A stretch of DNA of 64,000 nucleotides, taken from the human T2T-CHM13v2.0 reference genome, Homo sapiens. Within the stretch, counting starts at the first letter, position 1; every line of letters begins with the position of its first letter. The notes beneath the pieces are model-generated. The model was not told the origin of the DNA. It searched no databases and worked only from the letters and a program-made list of their open reading frames with translations. The stretch lies in NCBI RefSeq assembly GCF_009914755.1, contig NC_060939.1, one strand, 5' to 3'. Both the position numbers and the translations under genes were made by a program. This document shows, piece by piece, positions 41,701 through 56,700 of the stretch.

Positions 41701-44700
41701 CATTACATTTGGTTCAATTCCATTCCATTCCATTCCCTTCCATTCCATTCCATTTGATATCAATCCATTCGATTCCATTCCATTCGAGCACATTCCATTC
41801 GAGTCCATTCCATTCGATGCCATTCCATTTGATTCTATTCCATTAGTCTCCATTCAATTCCATTAATCTCCATTCCATTCCATTCTACTCCAACTGATTC
41901 CATTCCATTCTATTCCTTTCCATTCCATTTCATTCCATTCCATTCCATTTCATTCCATTCCATTCCATTCGTGTCCATTCCACTCCAGTCCATTCCATTC
42001 GTGTCCATTCCATTCCAGTCCATTCCATTTGTGTCCACTGCATTCCATTCCACTCCATTCCATATTATTCCATTACACTCCATTCCATTCTATTACTTTC
42101 ATTTCCATTCAATTCCATTCCATTTGATTCCATTCCACTCGGTTTCATTCCATTTGAGTCCACTCCATTCCATTCCATTCCATTCCATTCAGTTCCATTC
42201 CATTCTGTTCCATTCCATTCCGTTCCATTACATTCCATTCCATTCGGTACCATTCCATATTGTTCCATTCGATTCCATTCGAATCCATTCCATTCCAGTC
42301 CATTCCATTCGATTCCATTCCATTCATTTCAATTCCATTCCATTCCATTCCATTACATTCCACTTGATTCCTCTCCATTCCCTTCCACTGCATTCCGTTC
42401 GATTCCATTCCATTGCATTGCATTCCATTCCATTGGATTGCATTCCATTCGATTCCATTCCATTCGAATCAATTACATAGCAATCCATTACATTCGAGTC
42501 TATTCTCTTCCGTTCCATTCGATTTCGTTCCAATCCATTCGATTCCATTCCATTCGATTCCATTCCATACTATTGCATTCCATTCGATTACATTATATTC
42601 GAATAAGTTCCATTCAAGACCATTTCTTTTGAGTCCATTCTATTTGAGTCCATTCCCTTTGATTCCATAACATTTGAGTCCATTCAATTCCATTCCTTTC
42701 GTTTCCATTCCATTTGATGCCATTCCATTCAATTCTGTTCTACTCGACTCCAATACATTCAATTCCATTCCATCCGATTCCATTACATTCTTTTCATTTC
42801 TTATCCATTTCAAGCCATTCCACTCCATTCCATTCCACTCGTTTCCTTTCCATTCGAGTCCATTCCTCTCCAGTCCATTCCGTTCAATCCATTCCATTCC
42901 AGTCCATTCCATTCGAGTCCGTTCCATTCCAGTCCATTCCATTCGAGTCAATTCCATTCCATTCGATGTCTTTCCATAACGATCCATTCCATTCTATTCC
43001 TTTCGATTCCATTCCATTCTATTTCATTCCATTCGATTCCCTTCCATTGGACTCCTTTCCATTCGAGTGCATTCCATTCCGTTCCATTTCTTTCCGTTCT
43101 GTACGATTCCTACCGTTCGATTTCATTTTGTTCCAGTCCATTCCTTTCGCGTCCATTCCATTCCATTTCACTCCATTCGATTCCATTCCACTCGATTCCA
43201 CTTCGTTCCATTTCATTGCATTCCATTCTATTCAACTCTATTGCCTTCCATTCCATTCCATTCGATTACATTCCATGCGATTCCATTCGAAATCGAATCA
43301 ATTACATTGCAATCCATTACTATTGAGTCCGTTTTATTCCAGTCCACTGCATTCTGGTCCATTCCATTTGATTCCATTCCATTCTATTCCATTCCATACA
43401 GTTGCATTCCATTGGATTCCATGCTATATCTATAAATTCAATTCGAGACCATTGCTTTTGAGTCCATTCTATATGATTCCATTCCATTCAAGTCCATTAC
43501 ATTTGGTTCAATTCCATTCCATTCCATTCCCTTCCATTCCATTCCATTTGATATCAATCCATTCGATTCCATTCCATTCGAGCACATTCCATTCGAGTCC
43601 ATTCCATTCGATGCCATTCCATTTGATTCTATTCCATTAGTCTCCATTCAATTCCATTAATCTCCATTCCATTCCATTCTACTCCAACTGATTCCATTCC
43701 ATTCTATTCCTTTCCATTCCATTTCATTCCATTCCATTCCATTCGTGTCCATTCCACTCCAGTCCATTCCATTCGTGTCCATTCCATTCCAGTCCATTCC
43801 ATTTGTGTCCACTGCATTCCATTCCACTCCATTCCATATTATTCCATTACACTCCATTCCATTCTATTACTTTCATTTCCATTCAATTCCATTCCATTTG
43901 ATTCCATTCCACTCGGTTTCATTCCATTTGAGTCCACTCCATTCCATTCCATTCCATTCCATTCAGTTCCATTCCATTCTGTTCCATTCCATTCCGTTCC
44001 ATTACATTCCATTCCATTCGGTACCATTCCATATTGTTCCATTCGATTCCATTCGAATCCATTCCATTCCAGTCCATTCCATTCGATTCCATTCCATTCA
44101 TTTCAATTCCATTCCATTCCATTCCATTCCATTCCACTTGATTCCTCTCCATTCCCTTCCACTGCATTCCGTTCGATTCCATTCCATTGCATTGCATTCC
44201 ATTCCATTGGATTGCATTCCATTCGATTCCATTCCATTCGAATCAATTACATAGCAATCCATTACATTCGAGTCTATTCTCTTCCGTTCCATTCGATTTC
44301 ATTCCAATCCATTCGATTCCATTCCATTCGATTCCATTCCATACTATTGCATTCCATTCGATTACATTATATTCGAATAAGTTCCATTCAAGACCATTTC
44401 TTTTGAGTCCATTCTATTTGAGTCCATTCCCTTTGATTCCATAACATTTGAGTCCATTCAATTCCATTCCTTTCGTTTCCATTCCATTTGATGCCATTCC
44501 ATTCAATTCTGTTCTACTCGACTCCAATACATTCAATTCCATTCCATCCGATTCCATTACATTCTTTTCATTTCTTATCCATTTCAAGCCATTCCACTCC
44601 ATTCCATTCCACTCGTTTCCTTTCCATTCGAGTCCATTCCTCTCCAGTCCATTCCGTTCAATCCATTCCATTCCAGTCCATTCCATTCGAGTCCGTTCCA

Positions 44701-47700
44701 TTCCAGTCCATTCCATTCGAGTCAATTCCATTCCATTCGATGTCTTTCCATAACGATCCATTCCATTCTATTCCTTTCGATTCCATTCCATTCTATTTCA
44801 TTCCATTCGATTCCCTTCCATTGGACTCCTTTCCATTCGAGTGCATTCCATTCCGTTCCATTTCTTTCCGTTCTGTACGATTCCTACCGTTCGATTTCAT
44901 TTTGTTCCAGTCCATTCCTTTCGCGTCCATTCCATTCCATTTCACTCCATTCGATTCCATTCCACTCGATTCCACTTCGTTCCATTTCATTGCATTCCAT
45001 TCTATTCAACTCTATTGCCTTCCATTCCATTCCATTCGATTACATTCCATGCGATTCCATTCGAAATCGAATCAATTACATTGCAATCCATTACTATTGA
45101 GTCCGTTTTATTCCAGTCCACTGCATTCTGGTCCATTCCATTTGATTCCATTCCATTCTATTCCATTCCATACAGTTGCATTCCATTGGATTCCATGCTA
45201 TATCTATAAATTCAATTCGAGCCCATTGCTTTTGAGTCCATTCTATATGATTCCATTCCATTCAAGTCCATTACATTTGGTTCAATTCCATTCCATTCCA
45301 TTCCCTTCCATTCCATTCCATTTGATATCAATCCATTCGATTCCATTCCATTCGAGCACATTCCATTCGAGTCCATTCCATTCGATGCCATTCCATTTGA
45401 TTCTATTCCATTAGTCTCCATTCAATTCCATTAATCTCCATTCCATTCCATTCTACTCCAACTGATTCCATTCCATTCTATTCCTTTCCATTCCATTTCA
45501 TTCCATTCCATTCCATTTCATTCCATTCCATTCCATTCGTGTCCATTCCACTCCAGTCCATTCCATTCGTGTCCATTCCATTCCAGTCCATTCCATTTGT
45601 GTCCACTGCATTCCATTCCACTCCATTCCATATTATTCCATTACACTCCATTCCATTCTATTACTTTCATTTCCATTCAATTCCATTCCATTTGATTCCA
45701 TTCCACTCGGTTTCATTCCATTTGAGTCCACTCCATTCCATTCCATTCCATTCCATTCAGTTCCATTCCATTCTGTTCCATTCCATTCCGTTCCATTACA
45801 TTCCATTCCATTCGGTACCATTCCATATTGTTCCATTCGATTCCATTCGAATCCATTCCATTCCAGTCCATTCCATTCGATTCCATTCCATTCATTTCAA
45901 TTCCATTCCATTCCATTCCATTACATTCCACTTGATTCCTCTCCATTCCCTTCCACTGCATTCCGTTCGATTCCATTCCATTGCATTGCATTCCATTCCA
46001 TTGGATTGCATTCCATTCGATTCCATTCCATTCGAATCAATTACATAGCAATCCATTACATTCGAGTCTATTCTCTTCCGTTCCATTCGATTTCGTTCCA
46101 ATCCATTCGATTCCATTCCATTCGATTCCATTCCATACTATTGCATTCCATTCGATTACATTATATTCGAATAAGTTCCATTCAAGACCATTTCTTTTGA
46201 GTCCATTCTATTTGAGTCCATTCCCTTTGATTCCATAACATTTGAGTCCATTCAATTCCATTCCTTTCGTTTCCATTCCATTTGATGCCATTCCATTCAA
46301 TTCTGTTCTACTCGACTCCAATACATTCAATTCCATTCCATCCGATTCCATTACATTCTTTTCATTTCTTATCCATTTCAAGCCATTCCACTCCATTCCA
46401 TTCCACTCGTTTCCTTTCCATTCGAGTCCATTCCTCTCCAGTCCATTCCGTTCAATCCATTCCATTCCAGTCCATTCCATTCGAGTCCGTTCCATTCCAG
46501 TCCATTCCATTCGAGTCAATTCCATTCCATTCGATGTCTTTCCATAACGATCCATTCCATTCTATTCCTTTCGATTCCATTCCATTCTATTTCATTCCAT
46601 TCGATTCCCTTCCATTGGACTCCTTTCCATTCGAGTGCATTCCATTCCGTTCCATTTCTTTCCGTTCTGTACGATTCCTACCGTTCGATTTCATTTTGTT
46701 CCAGTCCATTCCTTTCGCGTCCATTCCATTCCATTTCACTCCATTCGATTCCATTCCACTCGATTCCACTTCGTTCCATTTCATTGCATTCCATTCTATT
46801 CAACTCTATTGCCTTCCATTCCATTCCATTCGATTACATTCCATGCGATTCCATTCGAAATCGAATCAATTACATTGCAATCCATTACTATTGAGTCCGT
46901 TTTATTCCAGTCCACTGCATTCTGGTCCATTCCATTTGATTCCATTCCATTCTATTCCATTCCATACAGTTGCATTCCATTGGATTCCATGCTATATCTA
47001 TAAATTCAATTCGAGACCATTGCTTTTGAGTCCATTCTATATGATTCCATTCCATTCAAGTCCATTACATTTGGTTCAATTCCATTCCATTCCATTCCCT
47101 TCCATTCCATTCCATTTGATATCAATCCATTCGATTCCATTCCATTCGAGCACATTCCATTCGAGTCCATTCCATTCGATGCCATTCCATTTGATTCTAT
47201 TCCATTAGTCTCCATTCAATTCCATTAATCTCCATTCCATTCCATTCTACTCCAACTGATTCCATTCCATTCTATTCCTTTCCATTCCATTTCATTCCAT
47301 TCCATTCCATTTCATTCCATTCCATTCCATTCGTGTCCATTCCACTCCAGTCCATTCCATTCGTGTCCATTCCATTCCAGTCCATTCCATTTGTGTCCAC
47401 TGCATTCCATTCCACTCCATTCCATATTATTCCATTACACTCCATTCCATTCTATTACTTTCATTTCCATTCAATTCCATTCCATTTGATTCCATTCCAC
47501 TCGGTTTCATTCCATTTGAGTCCACTCCATTCCATTCCATTCCATTCCATTCAGTTCCATTCCATTCTGTTCCATTCCATTCCGTTCCATTACATTCCAT
47601 TCCATTCGGTACCATTCCATATTGTTCCATTCGATTCCATTCGAATCCATTCCATTCCAGTCCATTCCATTCGATTCCATTCCATTCATTTCAATTCCAT

Positions 47701-50700
47701 TCCATTCCATTCCATTACATTCCACTTGATTCCTCTCCATTCCCTTCCACTGCATTCCGTTCGATTCCATTCCATTGCATTGCATTCCATTCCATTGGAT
47801 TGCATTCCTTTCGATTCCATTCCATTCGAATCAATTACATAGCAATCCATTACATTCGAGTCTATTCTCTTCCGTTCCATTCGATTTCGTTCCAATCCAT
47901 TCGATTCCATTCCATTCGATTCCATTCCATACTATTGCATTCCATTCTATTACATTATATTCGAATAAGTTCCATTCAAGACCATTTCTTTTGAGTCCAT
48001 TCTATTTGAGTCCATTCCCTTTGATTCCATAATATTTGAGTCCATTCAATTCCATTCCTTTCGTTTCCATTCCATTTGATGCCATTCCATTCAATTCTGT
48101 TCTACTCGACTCCAATACATTCAATTCCATTCCATCCGATTCCATTACATTCTTTTCATTTCTTATCCATTTCAAGCCATTCCACTCCATTCCATTCCAC
48201 TCGTTTCCTTTCCATTCGAGTCCATTCCTCTCCAGTCCATTCCGTTCAATCCATTCCATTCCAGTCCATTCCATTCGAGTCCGTTCCATTCCAGTCCATT
48301 CCATTCGAGTCAATTCCATCCCATTCGATGTCTTTCCATAACGATCCATTCCATTCTATTCCTTTCGATTCCATTCCATTCTATTTCATTCCATTCGATT
48401 CCCTTCCATTGGACTCCTTTCCATTCGAGTGCATTCCATTCCGTTCCATTTCTTTCCGTTCTGTACGATTCCTACCGTTCGATTTCATTTTGTTCCAGTC
48501 CATTCCTTTCGCGTCCATTCCATTCCATTTCACTCCATTCGATTCCATTCCACTCGATTCCACTTCGTTCCATTTCATTGCATTCCATTCTATTCAACTC
48601 TATTGCCTTCCATTCCATTCCATTCGATTACATTCCATGCGATTCCATTCGAAATCGAATCAATTACATTGCAATCCATTACTATTGAGTCCGTTTTATT
48701 CCAGTCCACTGCATTCTGGTCCATTCCATTTGATTCCATTCCATTCTATTCCATTCCATACAGTTGCATTCCATTGGATTCCATGCTATATCTATAAATT
48801 CAATTCGAGACCATTGCTTTTGAGTCCATTCTATATGATTCCATTCCATTCAAGTCCATTACATTTGGTTCAATTCCATTCCATTCCATTCCCTTCCATT
48901 CCATTCCATTTGATATGAATCCATTCGATTCCATTCCATTCGAGCACATTCCATTCGATGCCATTCCATTTGATTCTATTCCATTAGTCTCCATTCAATT
49001 CCATTAATCTCCATTCCATTCCATTCTACTCCATCTGATTCCATTCCATTCTATTCCTTTCCATTCCATTTCATTCCATTCCATTCCATTCGTGTCCATT
49101 CCACTCCAGTCCATTCCATTCGTGTCCATTCCATTCCAGTCCATTCCATTTGTGTCCACTGCATTCCATTCCACTCCATTCCATATTATTCCATTACACT
49201 CCATTCCATTCTATTACTTTCATTTCCATTCAATTCCATTCCATTTGATTCCATTCCACTCGGTTTCATTCCATTTGAGTCCACTCCATTCCATTCCATT
49301 CCATTCCATTCAGTTCCATTCCATTCTGTTCCATTCCATTCCGTTCCATTACATTCCATTCCATTCGGTACCATTCCATATTGTTCCATTCGATTCCATT
49401 CGAATCCATTCCATTCCAGTCCATTCCATTCGATTCCATTCCATTCATTTCAATTCCATTCCATTCCATTCCATTCCATTCCATTCCACTTGATTCCTCT
49501 CCATTCCCTTCCACTGCATTCCGTTCGATTCCATTCCATTGCATTGCATTCCATTCCATTGGATTGCATTCCATTCGATTCCATTCCATTCGAATCAATT
49601 ACATAGCAATCCATTACATTCGAGTCTATTCTCTTCCGTTCCATTCGATTTCATTCCAATCCATTCGATTCCATTCCATTCGATTCCATTCCATACTATT
49701 GCATTCCATTCGATTACATTATATTCGAATAAGTTCCATTCAAGACCATTTCTTTTGAGTCCATTCTATTTGAGTCCATTCCCTTTGATTCCATAACATT
49801 TGAGTCCATTCAATTCCATTCCTTTCGTTTCCATTCCATTTGATGCCATTCCATTCAATTCTGTTCTACTCGACTCCAATACATTCAATTCCATTCCATC
49901 CGATTCCATTACATTCTTTTCATTTCTTATCCATTTCAAGCCATTCCACTCCATTCCATTCCACTCGTTTCCTTTCCATTCGAGTCCATTCCTCTCCAGT
50001 CCATTCCGTTCAATCCATTCCATTCCAGTCCATTCCATTCGAGTCCGTTCCATTCCAGTCCATTCCATTCGAGTCAATTCCATTCCATTCGATGTCTTTC
50101 CATAACGATCCATTCCATTCTATTCCTTTCGATTCCATTCCATTCTATTTCATTCCATTCGATTCCCTTCCATTGGACTCCTTTCCATTCGAGTGCATTC
50201 CATTCCTTTCCATTTCTTTCCGTTCTGTACGATTCCTACCGTTCGATTTCATTTTGTTCCAGTCCATTCCTTTCGCGTCCATTCCATTCCATTTCACTCC
50301 ATTCGATTCCATTCCACTCGATTCCACTTCGTTCCATTTCATTGCATTCCATTCTATTCAACTCTATTGCCTTCCATTCCATTCCATTCGATTACATTCC
50401 ATGCGATTCCATTCGAAATCGAATCAATTACATTGCAATCCATTACTATTGAGTCCGTTTTATTCCAGTCCACTGCATTCTGGTCCATTCCATTTGATTC
50501 CATTCCATTCTATTCCATTCCATACAGTTGCATTCCATTGGATTCCATGCTATATCTATAAATTCAATTCGAGACCATTGCTTTTGAGTCCATTCTATAT
50601 GATTCCATTCCATTCAAGTCCATTACATTTGGTTCAATTCCATTCCATTCCATTCCCTTCCATTCCATTCCATTTGATATCAATCCATTCGATTCCATTC

Positions 50701-53700
50701 CATTCGAGCACATTCCATTCGAGTCCATTCCATTCGATGCCATTCCATTTGATTCTATTCCATTAGTCTCCATTCAATTCCATTAATCTCCATTCCATTC
50801 CATTCTACTCCAACTGATTCCATTCCATTCTATTCCTTTCCATTCCATTTCATTCCATTCCATTCCATTTCATTCCATTCCATTCCATTCGTGTCCATTC
50901 CACTCCAGTCCATTCCATTCGTGTCCATTCCATTCCAGTCCATTCCATTTGTGTCCACTGCATTCCATTCCACTCCATTCCATATTATTCCATTACACTC
51001 CATTCCATTCTATTACTTTCATTTCCATTCAATTCCATTCCATTTGATTCCATTCCACTCGGTTTCATTCCATTTGAGTCCACTCCATTCCATTCCATTC
51101 CATTCCATTCAGTTCCATTCCATTCTGTTCCATTCCATTCCGTTCCATTACATTCCATTCCATTCGGTACCATTCCATATTGTTCCATTCGATTCCATTC
51201 GAATCCATTCCATTCCAGTCCATTCCATTCGATTCCATTCCATTCATTTCAATTCCATTCCATTCCATTCCATTACATTCCAATTGATTCCTCTCCATTC
51301 CCTTCCACTGCATTCCGTTCGATTCCATTCCATTGCATTGCATTCCATTCCATTGGATTGCATTCCATTCGATTCCATTCCATTCGAATCAATTACATAG
51401 CAATCCATTACATTCGAGTCTATTCTCTTCCGTTCCATTCGATTTCGTTCCAATCCATTCGATTCCATTCCATTCGATTCCATTCCATACTATTGCATTC
51501 CATTCGATTACATTATATTCGAATAAGTTCCATTCAAGACCATTTCTTTTGAGTCCATTCTATTTGAGTCCATTCCCTTTGATTCCATAACATTTGAGTC
51601 CATTCAATTCCATTCCTTTCGTTTCCATTCCATTTGATGCCATTCCATTCAATTCTGTTCTACTCGACTCCAATACATTCAATTCCATTCCATCCGATTC
51701 CATTACATTCTTTTCATTTCTTATCCATTTCAAGCCATTCCACTCCATTCCATTCCACTCGTTTCCTTTCCATTCGAGTCCATTCCTCTCCAGTCCATTC
51801 CGTTCAATCCATTCCATTCCAGTCCATTCCATTCGAGTCCGTTCCATTCCAGTCCATTCCATTCGAGTCAATTCCATTCCATTCGATGTCTTTCCATAAC
51901 GATCCATTCCATTCTATTCCTTTCGATTCCATTCCATTCTATTTCATTCCATTCGATTCCCTTCCATTGGACTCCTTTCCATTCGAGTGCATTCCATTCC
52001 GTTCCATTTCTTTCCGTTCTGTACGATTCCTACCGTTCGATTTCATTTTGTTCCAGTCCATTCCTTTCGCGTCCATTCCATTCCATTTCACTCCATTCGA
52101 TTCCATTCCACTCGATTCCACTTCGTTCCATTTCATTGCATTCCATTCTATTCAACTCTATTGCCTTCCATTCCATTCCATTCGATTACATTCCATGCGA
52201 TTCCATTCGAAATCGAATCAATTACATTGCAATCCATTACTATTGAGTCCGTTTTATTCCAGTCCACTGCATTCTGGTCCATTCCATTTGATTCCATTCC
52301 ATTCTATTCCATTCCATACAGTTGCATTCCATTGGATTCCATGCTATATCTATAAATTCAATTCGAGACCATTGCTTTTGAGTCCATTCTATATGATTCC
52401 ATTCCATTCAAGTCCATTACATTTGGTTCAATTCCATTCCATTCCATTCCCTTCCATTCCATTCCATTTGATATCAATCCATTCGATTCCATTCCATTCG
52501 AGCACATTCCATTCGAGTCCATTCCATTCGATGCCATTCCATTTGATTCTATTCCATTAGTCTCCATTCAATTCCATTAATCTCCATTCCATTCCATTCT
52601 ACTCCAACTGATTCCATTCCATTCTATTCCTTTCCATTCCATTTCATTCCATTCCATTCCATTTCATTCCATTCCATTCCATTCGTGTCCATTCCACTCC
52701 AGTCCATTCCATTCGTGTCCATTCCATTCCAGTCCATTCCATTTGTGTCCACTGCATTCCATTCCACTCCATTCCATATTATTCCATTACACTCCATTCC
52801 ATTCTATTACTTTCATTTCCATTCAATTCCATTCCATTTGATTCCATTCCACTCGGTTTCATTCCATTTGAGTCCACTCCATTCCATTCCATTCCATTCC
52901 ATTCAGTTCCATTCCATTCTGTTCCATTCCATTCCGTTCCATTACATTCCATTCCATTCGGTACCATTCCATATTGTTCCATTCGATTCCATTCGAATCC
53001 ATTCCATTCCAGTCCATTCCATTCGATTCCATTCCATTCATTTCAATTCCATTCCATTCCATTCCATTACATTCCACTTGATTCCTCTCCATTCCCTTCC
53101 ACTGCATTCCGTTCGATTCCATTCCATTGCATTGCATTCCATTCCATTGGATTGCATTCCATTCGATTCCATTCCATTCGAATCAATTACATAGCAATCC
53201 ATTACATTCGAGTCTATTCTCTTCCGTTCCATTCGATTTCGTTCCAATCCATTCGATTCCATTCCATTCGATTCCATTCCATACTATTGCATTCCATTCG
53301 ATTACATTATATTCGAATAAGTTCCATTCAAGACCATTTCTTTTGAGTCCATTCTATTTGAGTCCATTCCCTTTGATTCCATAACATTTGAGTCCATTCA
53401 ATTCCATTCCTTTCGTTTCCATTCCATTTGATGCCATTCCATTCAATTCTGTTCTACTCGACTCCAATACATTCAATTCCATTCCATCCGATTCCATTAC
53501 ATTCTTTTCATTTCTTATCCATTTCAAGCCATTCCACTCCATTCCATTCCACTCGTTTCCTTTCCATTCGAGTCCATTCCTCTCCAGTCCATTCCGTTCA
53601 ATCCATTCCATTCCAGTCCATTCCATTCGAGTCCGTTCCATTCCAGTCCATTCCATTCGAGTCAATTCCATTCCATTCGATGTCTTTCCATAACGATCCA

Positions 53701-56700
53701 TTCCATTCTATTCCTTTCGATTCCATTCCATTCTATTTCATTCCATTCGATTCCCTTCCATTGGACTCCTTTCCATTCGAGTGCATTCCATTCCGTTCCA
53801 TTTCTTTCCGTTCTGTACGATTCCTACCGTTCGATTTCATTTTGTTCCAGTCCATTCCTTTCGCGTCCATTCCATTCCATTTCACTCCATTCGATTCCAT
53901 TCCACTCGATTCCACTTCGTTCCATTTCATTGCATTCCATTCTATTCAACTCTATTGCCTTCCATTCCATTCCATTCGATTACATTCCATGCGATTCCAT
54001 TCGAAATCGAATCAATTACATTGCAATCCATTACTATTGAGTCCGTTTTATTCCAGTCCACTGCATTCTGGTCCATTCCATTTGATTCCATTCCATTCTA
54101 TTCCATTCCATACAGTTGCATTCCATTGGATTCCATGCTATATCTATAAATTCAATTCGAGACCATTGCTTTTGAGTCCATTCTATATGATTCCATTCCA
54201 TTCAAGTCCATTACATTTGGTTCAATTCCATTCCATTCCATTCCCTTCCATTCCATTCCATTTGATATCAATCCATTCGATTCCATTCCATTCGAGCACA
54301 TTCCATTCGAGTCCATTCCATTCGATGCCATTCCATTTGATTCTATTCCATTAGTCTCCATTCAATTCCATTAATCTCCATTCCATTCCATTCTACTCCA
54401 ACTGATTCCATTCCATTCTATTCCTTTCCATTCCATTTCATTCCATTCCATTCCATTTCATTCCATTCCATTCCATTCGTGTCCATTCCACTCCAGTCCA
54501 TTCCATTCGTGTCCATTCCATTCCAGTCCATTCCATTTGTGTCCACTGCATTCCATTCCACTCCATTCCATATTATTCCATTACACTCCATTCCATTCTA
54601 TTACTTTCATTTCCATTCAATTCCATTCCATTTGATTCCATTCCACTCGGTTTCATTCCATTTGAGTCCACTCCATTCCATTCCATTCCATTCCATTCAG
54701 TTCCATTCCATTCTGTTCCATTCCATTCCGTTCCATTACATTCCATTCCATTCGGTACCATTCCATATTGTTCCATTCGATTCCATTCGAATCCATTCCA
54801 TTCCAGTCCATTCCATTCGATTCCATTCCATTCATTTCAATTCCATTCCATTCCATTCCATTACATTCCACTTGATTCCTCTCCATTCCCTTCCACTGCA
54901 TTCCGTTCGATTCCATTCCATTGCATTGCATTCCATTCCATTGGATTGCATTCCATTCGATTCCATTCCATTCGAATCAATTACATAGCAATCCATTACA
55001 TTCGAGTCTATTCTCTTCCGTTCCATTCGATTTCGTTCCAATCCATTCGATTCCATTCCATTCGATTCCATTCCATACTATTGCATTCCATTCGATTACA
55101 TTATATTCGAATAAGTTCCATTCAAGACCATTTCTTTTGAGTCCATTCTATTTGAGTCCATTCCCTTTGATTCCATAACATTTGAGTCCATTCAATTCCA
55201 TTCCTTTCGTTTCCATTCCATTTGATGCCATTCCATTCAATTCTGTTCTACCCGACTCCAATACATTCAATTCCATTCCATCCGATTCCATTACATTCTT
55301 TTCATTTCTTATCCATTTCAAGCCATTCCACTCCATTCCATTCCACTCGTTTCCTTTCCATTCGAGTCCATTCCTCTCCAGTCCATTCCGTTCAATCCAT
55401 TCCATTCCAGTCCATTCCATTCGAGTCCGTTCCATTCCAGTCCATTCCATTCGAGTCAATTCCATCCCATTCGATGTCTTTCCATAACGATCCATTCCAT
55501 TCTATTCCTTTCGATTCCATTCCATTCTATTTCATTCCATTCGATTCCCTTCCATTGGACTCCTTTCCATTCGAGTGCATTCCATTCCGTTCCATTTCTT
55601 TCCGTTCTGTACGATTCCTACCGTTCGATTTCATTTTGTTCCAGTCCATTCCTTTCGCGTCCATTCCATTCCATTTCACTCCATTCGATTCCATTCCACT
55701 CGATTCCACTTCGTTCCATTTCATTGCATTCCATTCTATTCAACTCTATTGCCTTCCATTCCATTCCATTCGATTACATTCCATGCGATTCCATTCGAAA
55801 TCGAATCAATTACATTGCAATCCATTACTATTGAGTCCGTTTTATTCCAGTCCACTGCATTCTGGTCCATTCCATTTGATTCCATTCCATTCTATTCCAT
55901 TCCATACAGTTGCATTCCATTGGATTCCATGCTATATCTATAAATTCAATTCGAGACCATTGCTTTTGAGTCCATTCTATATGATTCCATTCCATTCAAG
56001 TCCATTACATTTGGTTCAATTCCATTCCATTCCATTCCCTTCCATTCCATTCCATTTGATATCAATCCATTCGATTCCATTCCATTCGAGCACATTCCAT
56101 TCGAGTCCATTCCATTCGATGCCATTCCATTTGATTCTATTCCATTAGTCTCCATTCAATTCCATTAATCTCCATTCCATTCCATTCTACTCCAACTGAT
56201 TCCATTCCATTCTATTCCTTTCCATTCCATTTCATTCCATTCCATTCCATTTCATTCCATTCCATTCCATTCGTGTCCATTCCACTCCAGTCCATTCCAT
56301 TCGTGTCCATTCCATTCCAGTCCATTCCATTTGTGTCCACTGCATTCCATTCCACTCCATTCCATATTATTCCATTACACTCCATTCCATTCTATTACTT
56401 TCATTTCCATTCAATTCCATTCCATTTGATTCCATTCCACTCGGTTTCATTCCATTTGAGTCCACTCCATTCCATTCCATTCCATTCCATTCAGTTCCAT
56501 TCCATTCTGTTCCATTCCATTCCGTTCCATTACATTCCATTCCATTCGGTACCATTCCATATTGTTCCATTCGATTCCATTCGAATCCATTCCATTCCAG
56601 TCCATTCCATTCGATTCCATTCCATTCATTTCAATTCCATTCCATTCCTTTCCATTACATTCCACTTGATTCCTCTCCATTCCCTTCCACTGCATTCCGT

